This document shows, piece by piece, positions 40,733 to 50,599 of a stretch of 64,000 nucleotides of DNA. Numbering within the stretch: position 1 is the stretch's first letter; each line of letters opens with the position of its first letter. The stretch comes from a virus (taxonomy: Duplodnaviria; Caudoviricetes): IMG/VR virus record IMGVR_UViG_3300028591_000078, positions 64,001 through 128,000 of that record; one strand, given 5' to 3'. A program made the translations under genes and the position numbers. Below the pieces are notes generated by a model. It was not told the origin of the DNA and searched no databases. It was given only the letters and a program-made list of their open reading frames with translations.

Positions 40733-42298
40733 ATGGCTAAGAAGAACATTAACAATCCTGAGAACGAGAACAACAAGAAGAATATCAACAATGAGGAAAA
40801 TGAGCAGCTTCATTTCGACGAAACTGCTGCAGAGTCTGAGACTACAAAAGCGGAAGTAACCAAAGTCAGCAAAAAGGGGGACAAAGCTGACAAGCCTAAG
40901 AAGGTAAAGAAGATAAAGGCAACTAAGAAACTTGACGATACCAGCTTGACTGCTGCTATACAGAAAAAGGTTGAAGAGGAGGTCAACCCTGAGGATATCA
41001 AGGGCAATCCGCTCTTCAATGTTCCCAAGAAGGTAACTGACTGGGAGCAGGTAGTGAAGGATATCAATATCACCACTGATATCGAAATGAGAGCTCTGAT
41101 AAAGCAGTTCTATAATGTATATCAGAGCAGACGTATTCAGGTCCAGAACCAGAACAGATCAATCATGCAGGGCTTCAGTAACAATGAAGCTGCTGACATA
41201 ATTGATGATAATGATCTGGAAGAAATGACAGATCTTATCAAGTTCCCTGCCCTTGCTGTGCTGGCGGACATGCAGCTGGAGCAGGAAAAGGCACTGAAGG
41301 GTATTATCGAAAGATATGTTCTGTCAAAGCCTATGGGACAGTACCTCACTTCTATAGTAGGTGTAGGTCCGCTGCTTGCAGGATCTCTCATGGGATATCT
41401 CAAGCCTACACTCTACTCCGGCGAATGGATCTCCTATGCAGGTCTCAATAACAATAATGATCCGTGGATTAAGGGTGATACAGTAAGTTACCTCTTCGAC
41501 AAATATAAGGTTCCGAAGATAGTAACCCCTGAGATCATAGGAGCAATATCTGCAGAGACAGGAAGATCTGTAAACAGAATAATCGAAGGTGCAAGCACCC
41601 TTGATGCTGAAGGAAACTCTGTGATCCTTAAAAAAGATCTTGAGAGTTATCTCAAGAAGCCTAACCATAACAGAGAGCTCAAGAAGGTTATCTGGAAGCT
41701 CGGCGAGTCTTTGAATAAGATCAGAAACAAGCCCAATTCTCTGTATGGTAAACTCCTTGCTGAAAGACAGGCTGAAGAAAATACTAACAATGAAAAGCAT
41801 TACTACATCCAGGAGGCAATTATATCTCTTGGATGGAGACCGGCTGATAAGCCTAAGGGATGGGTTTACAAGAAGAATCCTAACCTCACCCTTGCCGAAG
41901 AAGAAGAGCTTCTTAAGCAGGTTCAGTATGATATTGATAACAAGATATTTACTGATTTCAACAAGATCTCTCCTTCGGCAGAGACATTCGAGCTCTATTA
42001 CAATGGATACCTCAATAAGGCTCACATCCTTAACAGAGCAAAAAGGTGGGCTGCAAAGATCTTCCTGAGCCATGTGCATGATGCCATGTACATCGATGAA
42101 AAGGGTGAGCTTCCGCCTGTTCCTTATGTGTTCGCACATGGTGGACACTGCAGATACATCGAACCTGAAGTTCCGTTCAGCAAGATCTGGAGCTGGGTTG
42201 ACGATGAAGAGCTCAAGAGAAGAGCTCTTGAAGCATCTGCAAATACTACAGATAAGAGAGTCGCTAAGAGTGACAATCCTACAACTTGCTGGATGTAA
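40733..42298 (+). CDS. tasA: IS110/Nop-domain RNA-guided protein without a nuclease domain (TasA-like)
   Basis: Coiled coil MRALIKQFY..YQSRRIQVQNQ, LTSIVGVGPLLAG, WISYAGL, NRELK, SLYGKLL, HILNRAKRWAAKIFL and PYVFAHGGH. No N-terminal DEDD RuvC and no SG serine loop. Own early promoter and terminator. Confidence 0.7.
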   Translation: MAKKNINNPENENNKKNINNEENEQLHFDETAAESETTKAEVTKVSKKGDKADKPKKVKKIKATKKLDDTSLTAAIQKKVEEEVNPEDIKGNPLFNVPKKVTDWEQVVKDINITTDIEMRALIKQFYNVYQSRRIQVQNQNRSIMQGFSNNEAADIIDDNDLEEMTDLIKFPALAVLADMQLEQEKALKGIIERYVLSKPMGQYLTSIVGVGPLLAGSLMGYLKPTLYSGEWISYAGLNNNNDPWIKGDTVSYLFDKYKVPKIVTPEIIGAISAETGRSVNRIIEGASTLDAEGNSVILKKDLESYLKKPNHNRELKKVIWKLGESLNKIRNKPNSLYGKLLAERQAEENTNNEKHYYIQEAIISLGWRPADKPKGWVYKKNPNLTLAEEEELLKQVQYDIDNKIFTDFNKISPSAETFELYYNGYLNKAHILNRAKRWAAKIFLSHVHDAMYIDEKGELPPVPYVFAHGGHCRYIEPEVPFSKIWSWVDDEELKRRALEASANTTDKRVAKSDNPTTCWM

Positions 42299-42390
42299 TT
42301 CGGTAAGGAGATAATTTAAAAGGGGAGATTCGTCTCCCCTTTATTTTTCATCACTTTAGGAACACTTCAGTAAAAAGGAAGTGTTTTAAA

Positions 42391-43959
42391 TTGAGCAAAA
42401 TAGAAGTAAGGAGAACAAGTGTAGTCATTAATGACTACACGTTCGGGGATTGCCCTGAGCTTGAGAGAAAGTTTAGATTCTGGGATGAAGTATATTTCAG
42501 AGAATACTATAAAGGAATTAAATATATAGAATCAGAGCATAAACTCTATATTCCGAGATCAATTGACTTAGACTGGGTATCTAGAATTATAGGATCTAAG
42601 CCTAAGTTTATAGATGGGTATGATAAGTATGATAAGAATGGTGATATCTTAATGCAGACTATGCCTAGAGATGATGATCAAAAGACTGCAATGAGATTTG
42701 TATTAGGTCTAGGAGAATATGAAAGATATAGAGAATATCCTAGACAGATGCTTGCTCTTAATACTGGTAAAGGTAAAACTTTTGTAGCAGTATCTACATT
42801 AGCTTTTACTATGATAAAGGGTATTATAATAGCTCCAAATATAGGATGGCTAGATCAGTGGAAAGATAAGATATTAGAGTATACTGATATAAAGCCAAAT
42901 GAGATCTATATGATACAAGGATCTCCTACTATAGCAAGAATACTTAATGGTAGAGATATGTCTAAGTTTAAGGTATTCCTTGCATCTACAGCAACTTTGA
43001 AAGCATATGCTGAGAAGAATGGCTGGGGATATATAACAGATTTGTTTAAGAAGATTAAAGTAGGATATAAAATCTATGATGAAGCTCATTTAGCATTTGA
43101 TTCTATAATGGCTATAGACTATGCTACAAATACCTATAAGACTTTGTATCTTACTGCTACTCCTGGACGGTCTGATGAGAAAGAGAATGAGATTTACCAG
43201 TTATATATCAATCAAGTTCCGATGATAGATCTATTTCATCCAGATGAAGATCCTAGAACACAGTATATAGCATTTAAGTATAACTCAAGACTTAATGCTA
43301 GAGAGCAAGGTAAATGTATTAGTAAGTATGGCTTCAATAAGAATAACTATTGTAATCAAGTAATCCATAAAGAGAACTTTCATAATATACTCCATATAGT
43401 AATGGATATGATTAAGAGAGTTAATGGAAAGACTTTGATCTATATAGCTACCAATGATGCTATACTATTTATATATAATTGGATCACTATCAACTATCCA
43501 GAGTATGCTGGCAATATAGGAATATATACTAGTATTAACTCTGAGAAGAAAGCAGCTAAAGATAAGTTTATCATACTAAGTACAACTAAGTCTTGTGGAG
43601 CTGCTGAAGATATAGATGGTCTAAAGATGACTGTACAGCTAGCAGAACCTATGAAGTCTAAGATATTATCTAGACAGAGTTTAGGTAGAACTCGTGCTAG
43701 ACATACAGTATATCTTGACATAATTGATATGAGCACTCCTGCAACTAAGAGCTATTATTTACAGAGATTACCACTGTTTAATAAGTATGCTACATCATGT
43801 AAAGAAGTATCCTTTAATGATACTACTTTAGCAGATACAGTAAACAGACTATTATCTCAGAGATCTCCTATGATAATAGTAAATCCATTTGAGCATATAG
43901 ATAGTGCTACTAATCCTTTTAGTCACAGATGGATTATAAATCCATTTGTTCATATATAA
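42391..43959 (+). CDS. Superfamily 2 DExH helicase (UvsW-like)
   Basis: LNTGKGKT, YDEAH, TATP, QSLGRTR. Confidence 0.9.
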   Translation: MSKIEVRRTSVVINDYTFGDCPELERKFRFWDEVYFREYYKGIKYIESEHKLYIPRSIDLDWVSRIIGSKPKFIDGYDKYDKNGDILMQTMPRDDDQKTAMRFVLGLGEYERYREYPRQMLALNTGKGKTFVAVSTLAFTMIKGIIIAPNIGWLDQWKDKILEYTDIKPNEIYMIQGSPTIARILNGRDMSKFKVFLASTATLKAYAEKNGWGYITDLFKKIKVGYKIYDEAHLAFDSIMAIDYATNTYKTLYLTATPGRSDEKENEIYQLYINQVPMIDLFHPDEDPRTQYIAFKYNSRLNAREQGKCISKYGFNKNNYCNQVIHKENFHNILHIVMDMIKRVNGKTLIYIATNDAILFIYNWITINYPEYAGNIGIYTSINSEKKAAKDKFIILSTTKSCGAAEDIDGLKMTVQLAEPMKSKILSRQSLGRTRARHTVYLDIIDMSTPATKSYYLQRLPLFNKYATSCKEVSFNDTTLADTVNRLLSQRSPMIIVNPFEHIDSATNPFSHRWIINPFVHI

Positions 43960-44090
43960 GAGAAGGCATCTAGCCTTCTCTCTTTTTATGCAAAAATACT
44001 ATTTTTCAAGCATATATTATCAAAGTGTAAAGGAGTTAGATTAAAGTCTAACAATAAGAAAATGTTCAAAACCATAAGGAGGTATAAATT

Positions 44091-45437
44091 ATGGGAACAA
44101 TTACAATTGCGGACAACAAATTCTATTTTGATACTCCTGTAGTTATCGAAGGTGAGACGATAAGCTACGTCGAGAATGAGGATGTTAATTTCATTCTTGC
44201 AACAGACTTGGCACTGGCAAATCGCTTCTTCAAAGAGATGGTATTCAGACAGAAGAAGTTCAACAGAGTACGTCTCGATGGCATAGATGCCAAAAAGGAA
44301 GATCAGTTATCCGATAAGTTCGAAGACTATAAGATGTCAATCTTCGCAAGACCTGATCTGTCGGCATTCCCTACAGAAGAGCAGATTCTGAAGAAGGAAG
44401 ACTGCATGGTAAACGGCCGTCCGCATAGCTCTCTGGCTATAGCATTCTCTATAGACCAGTATGCTGATACAAAGACTAAGATGGATATTGACAGGCGTAA
44501 AAGAGAGTTAAGCGAAATGAAAGAAAAGATAAAGCTTGAGCTTACTGCTGGAACTCCTGATATGCCTACAGAAAATCCGACTGTTCTGAGTTCTATGAAT
44601 CAGGGAAATAAACAGCAGGAAAAGGCACAGATCAAAACCATCATTGACGGAATCGATTCTGCAATTGCCAGATCAAAGGTTAATCCGTTTGTAAATGGTG
44701 AAAAGGATAAAGAAAAGGTTTCCACATTAGAATATGTGGAGCCTGACTTTGAAAAGGAGCCCTATAAGACAAACAAGTTCCTTGGTCAGTTTATTGAACA
44801 GATAAAGGATAAGAGTGGTGGAAAGCTTGTTGCTTGTGCTACGACAGATACTAGCAATATGCTTTTCTGGGTCTATGTTTACGACGCAGCTACAAAGGAA
44901 CAGCAGCATGATAAATGTGTTGTCCTTGACTTAAATGGACGCATTGTAAATGCTATGCCTAAGTTCTGGCGTATGAGAGACGTCCTTAAATATGAGGATG
45001 GTCCTGAAATGCTGAAGTACTATATCCCCATGACTCCTGATAATATCAAGACTCTTGTGGATGGAAAACCGTTCAGCTTCTCGGAAACTGGAAACGAGGC
45101 TATAGCTATGGCTCTCAATAAGATGGTAAATATATGTACTATCTTAGACTATAACGGCGCAACTACAGAGGACAAAGCTGGAATCTGTGCAACAATCCAG
45201 AACTATCTGGAATTTATACAGACCCAGTTCATACTTGAGCCTACAAGGTTCCGTCTCTCGGCATTTGATCCTGTAACTAAGGCTTTCACCTTGACTCAGG
45301 ATAGTCTCTGTACTAGAGGACTCTATGGCAAACTCTCTGGACCTGCAATTCCTATAAGTCTGAGATTCGAACAGAATCAGCCGCCGTATCTGATACCGCA
45401 GCAGCAGCCTGTTCAGACTCAGCAGGGAGCTGCATAA
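44091..45437 (+). CDS. Hypothetical early protein (448 aa)
   Basis: Early promoter at 44013, AAGGAGGT RBS, terminator about 45464-45497. Confidence 0.75.
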   Translation: MGTITIADNKFYFDTPVVIEGETISYVENEDVNFILATDLALANRFFKEMVFRQKKFNRVRLDGIDAKKEDQLSDKFEDYKMSIFARPDLSAFPTEEQILKKEDCMVNGRPHSSLAIAFSIDQYADTKTKMDIDRRKRELSEMKEKIKLELTAGTPDMPTENPTVLSSMNQGNKQQEKAQIKTIIDGIDSAIARSKVNPFVNGEKDKEKVSTLEYVEPDFEKEPYKTNKFLGQFIEQIKDKSGGKLVACATTDTSNMLFWVYVYDAATKEQQHDKCVVLDLNGRIVNAMPKFWRMRDVLKYEDGPEMLKYYIPMTPDNIKTLVDGKPFSFSETGNEAIAMALNKMVNICTILDYNGATTEDKAGICATIQNYLEFIQTQFILEPTRFRLSAFDPVTKAFTLTQDSLCTRGLYGKLSGPAIPISLRFEQNQPPYLIPQQQPVQTQQGAA

Positions 45438-45537
45438 AGGTCAAATCAACTCCTTTACACAGGGAAGTGGGCTGCTTATGCAGCCTGCTTCTTTTTTATC
45501 TATTATGGAACACTTTAGTAATTAAGGAGGGATTGCT

Positions 45538-46311
45538 ATGAATGACAATCCTAATCAAATTGTGAATCCATTTGAGCATTATGATCAGTATGAAAGAATA
45601 TATGATGTAATAATGTATCTTGGGTTTAATACTATACTGAAGTTTAATGTAGACCTTGCTCATTACTCTGATAAGTCTAACAGAGAAATGTTTCATAAAG
45701 AGTTTGAGTATATGAATAGACAGAATATGCCAGTTATATCTATAAGAAGAGATTATGGTTTTTATCTGTCTATAGAGAATCTAAAGGTTATTAATAATAT
45801 AGATAAGCAGATAATAAGGATAGGAATAGAGGAGATTACTTTATTAAGGCAAGCTTTAGCCCAAGCTTCCAGGTGGTTTACGCATCAAGATTATAAAGAT
45901 CTATATGGTGTTCATAATGGGCAACTTATAACAACTAGGAAGGTTAGACCTGTAACTATATCAAACCTTCCATATAATAAATATATAGAGTTCGAACCCA
46001 TAGTATATATGGCAAATGAAGATGCTATTCCTGGAGTCAGAATGACTTTAAGTGATAATGCTAACTTTACTGATATGCCCCTGAACAGATTTATGGGTTT
46101 TAAGTATATAATAGATACATTCAATATGTATCAGTCAGCTCAGAATATGATAAACTATATTGCTAGACCTGAACCAGGACATAATCTATCTTCCTATGTA
46201 GATAATACTAATTATACTAGATATGGAAGAGAGAATGTTACTGGACCAAAAGGTAGAAATGTAGCATGTCAAACTAAAGATCCTACATTAAATGATCTTG
46301 GAAAGGAGTGA
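45538..46311 (+). CDS. Hypothetical protein with N-terminal NPFEH motif
   Basis: Late promoter at 45509, AAGGAGG RBS. Confidence 0.75.
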   Translation: MNDNPNQIVNPFEHYDQYERIYDVIMYLGFNTILKFNVDLAHYSDKSNREMFHKEFEYMNRQNMPVISIRRDYGFYLSIENLKVINNIDKQIIRIGIEEITLLRQALAQASRWFTHQDYKDLYGVHNGQLITTRKVRPVTISNLPYNKYIEFEPIVYMANEDAIPGVRMTLSDNANFTDMPLNRFMGFKYIIDTFNMYQSAQNMINYIARPEPGHNLSSYVDNTNYTRYGRENVTGPKGRNVACQTKDPTLNDLGKE

Positions 46312-46315
46312 TAAT

Positions 46316-46711
46316 ATGAGTCTAGATGAATTAGTAAATGGTATATATCAAGCATCTGAGTATTTTAATACTCTAACTCATTATGCTAATCTATTAGACC
46401 AGATATTCAACACAATGCTAGAGCAATTTAACTCTATTGGCGTCAAAGTCATTAAGTTACTGATACAGGATAGATTCATTCTTATATTCCCTGAAGACTT
46501 TGAAGATATGAAGTTATTTAATAGCTTCAGAGAATGGTATGATGAGAAGAATCACTCCTTATCTATTACTGTAATGGATGTAATGAAGGATAAGAGTTCC
46601 GCTATAACGATCTGTGATGCTATGTATCAAAATATAACTCGTATTACAGAGATGCAATATCGTAAAGGGATATGGCCACCTAATAAGACAAAAGATGAAG
46701 GTACGGAGTAA
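46316..46711 (+). CDS. Hypothetical protein
   Basis: AAGGAG RBS before ATG 46316. Confidence 0.65.
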   Translation: MSLDELVNGIYQASEYFNTLTHYANLLDQIFNTMLEQFNSIGVKVIKLLIQDRFILIFPEDFEDMKLFNSFREWYDEKNHSLSITVMDVMKDKSSAITICDAMYQNITRITEMQYRKGIWPPNKTKDEGTE

Positions 46712-46728
46712 TTCCGTACCTTTATTTT

Positions 46729-47496
46729 TTATACTGTAAACATGATAGGCTGATTCTTATTTGCAGGATTTACATATCCTTCTTTAAGCTGATTCTCTAT
46801 TTCATCTCTTCTACTAGCCCAATCTGCAATGGTATCAATATTGATATTTACTGTACCAAAGATAGTCTCAAGATTATCAAAGTGCCTCAGATAATTATTA
46901 AGAGTAAGTGCTACATCAGCAGTAGCAAGATTCTCAAATACACTCATCTGAGTTACAGGTATAGTCATCAGATTACTAGGATGCTTAATAAAGACATCTA
47001 TAGGTAATACAGACATCATACTAGTAAGATCGCCATCAGTAACACTAGTAACTTTAACCATATTAGGTTCTTTAAACTCAAGATAAGTCTGGTTATTGAA
47101 TATACTTGCCATATCTGCTCTAGCTTGGAGAAGTAATACATCGTCCAAACTATACGTAGCAGATGTAGTAAGATAGTCATATATACCTAAACCCTGGGCC
47201 TGCTGTACATAAGTAGAGTCCTGTCCAAATATATCAAAAGCTATATCTCTTACTCCTATGATCTCTTCACCGTTTACTAGATCCTGATCTATTAAAAAGT
47301 ATCCATCTTTAGTTTTATGCTTGGTAGATACTCCTATTCTTACCATATGAGGAAAATATCTACTAAACGTAGTAAGACTATCAGGAATTATAATCTCTTT
47401 AGGCCAAGTATCTTTAGGATACTCTGGTAATTTAAGAGGTTTGGTTCCTAAACGACGTTCTATCTTATTGACAAGATCTGTCATCTTGTTCATCAT
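46729..47496 (-). CDS. Virion structural protein, possibly neck or head-tail adaptor
   Basis: Late promoter. The KIERRLG...TTFSRYFP N-terminus and overall layout resemble T4 gp13-like neck proteins. Confidence 0.45.
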   Translation of the reverse strand: MMNKMTDLVNKIERRLGTKPLKLPEYPKDTWPKEIIIPDSLTTFSRYFPHMVRIGVSTKHKTKDGYFLIDQDLVNGEEIIGVRDIAFDIFGQDSTYVQQAQGLGIYDYLTTSATYSLDDVLLLQARADMASIFNNQTYLEFKEPNMVKVTSVTDGDLTSMMSVLPIDVFIKHPSNLMTIPVTQMSVFENLATADVALTLNNYLRHFDNLETIFGTVNINIDTIADWASRRDEIENQLKEGYVNPANKNQPIMFTV

Positions 47497-47598
47497 AATA
47501 AACTCCTCCTTTTGTATAGAAGTATAACTTATTAAAATGTTGCAGACTTAAAATTAAGACTACTTATATACTATTATAATGAAAAGGAGTGGTGATAG

Positions 47599-48429
47599 AT
47601 GAACACATTGCCATATATGAATCCAGATATAATCAACCACATCTGGGATTTATGTGTAAGAACTTTTAATACTTTTAATGGAGTTATTAATCCAACCATT
47701 AAAGCAGCAGCTATAATAGTAAGGCCAGGATATTCTGGTGAGTTTACTTATCTAGCATATACTAATCAGAATGTAGTAAATATGTATATCTATAACTTAA
47801 TACTATGCTATGATGATCCTCTTATTAGAGACTTCTCTGCAGCATATACTGTTTTACATGAGTTATCTCATTTCGAGCAGGATATAGATTTTGATAGATA
47901 TAAGACTGATATGGCTTACCAAGAAGATATAGAAAGAGCAAATGATAATAGAACTGTTGGTTTTATTCTCACTCACATAAGAGAGTTTGGACAAGTCTTA
48001 AATCAGCCTAGTGAAAGTATCTTACTAGGACTTTGTAAGAATATGTTTCCAGATACTACAAAAGCAGAGTTTAAGTATCTTGGAATAGTAAAGTTCTATT
48101 GGAATATACTTAAGTATTTTCTGAATGGATCTAGATCTGCACTTCCTAAAGTAGATAGATTACTTAGTGATATATCTTATATGGATAAACTAGAATTCAT
48201 CTTATTAGAGTTTAAGGATGAAGCTACTGGATTTGAAGAGAGTATTACAGTAAAAAATAAGTTTATCTATAATGCTAATACCTTCAATATGAATAGTCTT
48301 ATATATAGATGGACATTCGATATGATGTATTATCGCAACTCAGATATTACTATAGATGATTCAACACTATATGTAAAATTCAGTATCAAGGATAAGATTA
48401 GATCTAGTTTCCTACCTTACAATCCATAA
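47599..48429 (+). CDS. HExxH-containing early protein
   Basis: TVLHELSHFEQ...IERAND, early promoter at 47567. Confidence 0.6.
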   Translation: MNTLPYMNPDIINHIWDLCVRTFNTFNGVINPTIKAAAIIVRPGYSGEFTYLAYTNQNVVNMYIYNLILCYDDPLIRDFSAAYTVLHELSHFEQDIDFDRYKTDMAYQEDIERANDNRTVGFILTHIREFGQVLNQPSESILLGLCKNMFPDTTKAEFKYLGIVKFYWNILKYFLNGSRSALPKVDRLLSDISYMDKLEFILLEFKDEATGFEESITVKNKFIYNANTFNMNSLIYRWTFDMMYYRNSDITIDDSTLYVKFSIKDKIRSSFLPYNP

Positions 48430-48701
48430 AAAGAAAAGAAGTGCACCAGGCACTTCTTTCTTTTTAGGCAGAATGGCAGAGAAATATATATAATGAAGGA
48501 AACGCACAATACTATGAACGTACTATATGAAACAATAAGAGGATAACTAAATGAAATTTAAAATGCGAGCACTTAACGCATGGGATTTAGCCATCCTACC
48601 TTTTATTAATAAGTTTGAATCCAATCTAGCAAAAGTAAAAGATTTCAATTATATATTATAATAATGAGTAAGAAAAGAATGATAGTAAAGGAGTTGATAT
48701 T

Positions 48702-48926
48702 ATGAAACTTACTCGTATATCCACTATTATGGTTTCTATAATAGGGATTCTTATTCTTACACCTATTGGTCTTGGGTTCCTGGTCCAGTCTGTTCGTCTG
48801 GATCAGATGAACCAGAGCGTAGAAGCTGGCAAAATCCTGCTTCTCACTCTGGCAAGTTGGGGAGGCGTGGCAGCCCTTGCGAGGGTTAGCTTCCTCAACT
48901 TCGTCTCGCTTCTGAAAAAGAAGTAA
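48702..48926 (+). CDS. Small early membrane protein (2 hydrophobic helices)
   Basis: AAGGAG RBS, own early promoter (48652) and terminator (48934-48971). Confidence 0.7.
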   Translation: MKLTRISTIMVSIIGILILTPIGLGFLVQSVRLDQMNQSVEAGKILLLTLASWGGVAALARVSFLNFVSLLKKK

Positions 48927-49016
48927 GACATACAAAAATAAACAGGTGGTTCTCCCACCTGTTTATTTTTTCTTGATACGGTATCAAAGACGCCGCTATT
49001 GCAGCGCCTTTGATTT

Positions 49017-49853
49017 TTATATAGAAGAACAGTAAGAGTATATGTCGTTCTGAATCTTTGTCTCCAAGCTTACTACGAGTATATCACCCGAATGATCCAC
49101 AAGCTGAACCTTTGTGCCGTTTTCTATAAGCTGCATAGATTCATAAAGCGTATCAAAACTATTCATAATACTCTTAATGTTGGCAGACTCTTCCACGATA
49201 TATGACATCACGGATTCATTTGTAATCGGAATGAGAGTGCCAGCCTCGTTAGTAGAATATGCTCTTCTTTTCTCTAAATCAGAAGGAGTTATAATAGCAG
49301 ATTCTGTAACAAGACCTTTAGTATATGCTTCTTTATGGCTAGGATATATAACTCTATCCCATGTAACTATCTTTATATTCTTTACATATGACTTACCACC
49401 CTTAGTTTCAATAGAACCAAGAGCTCTAAGAGAGAATGAAGGAAGGAATCCATCAATAAGATCCTGATTAAAAGTTTCACCATAAGCTGTATTGGTTCCC
49501 ATAAACTGACCTTTAATGAGATTACCATCAATCCATATCTTAGTAAATCTTACAGATATAAGCTTAGGATCTATAGTCTGCTGTCTAGTAATACTAGAAG
49601 CATCAGGTCCAACAGGATGACCTTCTTCACCACACATATTTCCGGTTTCAAGAAGTTCCTTCATTCTAGGACCATTAACTTCAGGAGCTATATCTTCTTT
49701 AAGATAGATTCTACGATTTCTATTTTCAACACCAAGGCTCTGTAAAGTACCCTCAGCAAGAACTCTTCTACCATTATCTGAGAGTATCTTAGCATTAGAC
49801 TCTGTAGATATACCCTCATTTATTATATAACCAATGGTTTTAGATCTAGCCAT
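49017..49853 (-). CDS. Prohead core protease (T4 gp21-like)
   Basis: NRNRRIY, GEEGHP, SFSLRALGS, TWDRVIYPSH. Confidence 0.9.
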   Translation of the reverse strand: MARSKTIGYIINEGISTESNAKILSDNGRRVLAEGTLQSLGVENRNRRIYLKEDIAPEVNGPRMKELLETGNMCGEEGHPVGPDASSITRQQTIDPKLISVRFTKIWIDGNLIKGQFMGTNTAYGETFNQDLIDGFLPSFSLRALGSIETKGGKSYVKNIKIVTWDRVIYPSHKEAYTKGLVTESAIITPSDLEKRRAYSTNEAGTLIPITNESVMSYIVEESANIKSIMNSFDTLYESMQLIENGTKVQLVDHSGDILVVSLETKIQNDIYSYCSSI

Positions 49854-49999
49854 TTCTATATCCTCCTAATATGGTTAATAAATTTACTATTATGTTATCC
49901 GACACCACATCTATCTGTATTAAGGAGTATAAATGTATATTATTATTTTGGTACTAACAACCAAGTAAATTTAAAAATATAATCTAGGAGGTATAACGA

Positions 50000-50563
50000 A
50001 TGTCATTAATTAAATTAGCAACGTCCTTCCCAGAGTTGAGGAAGGTCGCTTTTAATCTCGTTCACGTTACAATCTTGGATTGTAACGGGGTACTTGCTGG
50101 ATCTCAGGGTATGGATTTAAGATTTAATTATCCTGAGTTCTACAATTACTATCGTGAAGTAGTAAGTGAAAATTATTCTGATGCTACAAGTGCTACAGAA
50201 TTACTTGGATCTATAATCTACTCTAATGATGTATTGGGAATCTTTGGTACTTGTAGTATAGTAACCAAAGATATCAATAAAGATGAATCATCTGGTGTTA
50301 TAGATATGGTTGATATTGGCAATCTTAAATTTACTACTGTATCTAAGTGTGAGTTTAATGAAGAAGCTATCAGAAAAGGCATATCAGCAGTAAATGCTTT
50401 CGTTCTTAAGAATGAATGGAAGAATAAGGTTCTTACATATCCTTGTATGACAACAACTTCTGATGATGATGGAAAGAAGCTGTTATCAATATTAGAGGAT
50501 GTATATACATGCAATGACCAGTTCCAGGTTATAGCATGTCATCATAATATTAATGAATGGTAA
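50000..50563 (+). CDS. Divergent macro-domain-like protein
   Basis: DCNGVLAGSQGMDLRFNYPEFYNYYR resembles the NC.GVMG.GIA..F...YP pattern of phage macro domains. The C-terminal PxIGxG motif is not conserved. Confidence 0.45.
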   Translation: MSLIKLATSFPELRKVAFNLVHVTILDCNGVLAGSQGMDLRFNYPEFYNYYREVVSENYSDATSATELLGSIIYSNDVLGIFGTCSIVTKDINKDESSGVIDMVDIGNLKFTTVSKCEFNEEAIRKGISAVNAFVLKNEWKNKVLTYPCMTTTSDDDGKKLLSILEDVYTCNDQFQVIACHHNINEW

Positions 50564-50599
50564 ACCATTAAGTAGTCATTTTATAGGAGGTAAACTAAT

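Noticed and set aside
40733-42298. Active IS110 insertion sequence
   Set aside because: It has no RuvC DEDD domain or catalytic serine loop and no room for a bridge RNA, and it is flanked by a phage promoter and terminator.
42294-42320. Degenerate array-like sequence right after the Tas-like gene (TAATTCGGTA..GATAATTTA)
   Set aside because: It is a single weak match with wrong spacing in AT-rich DNA.
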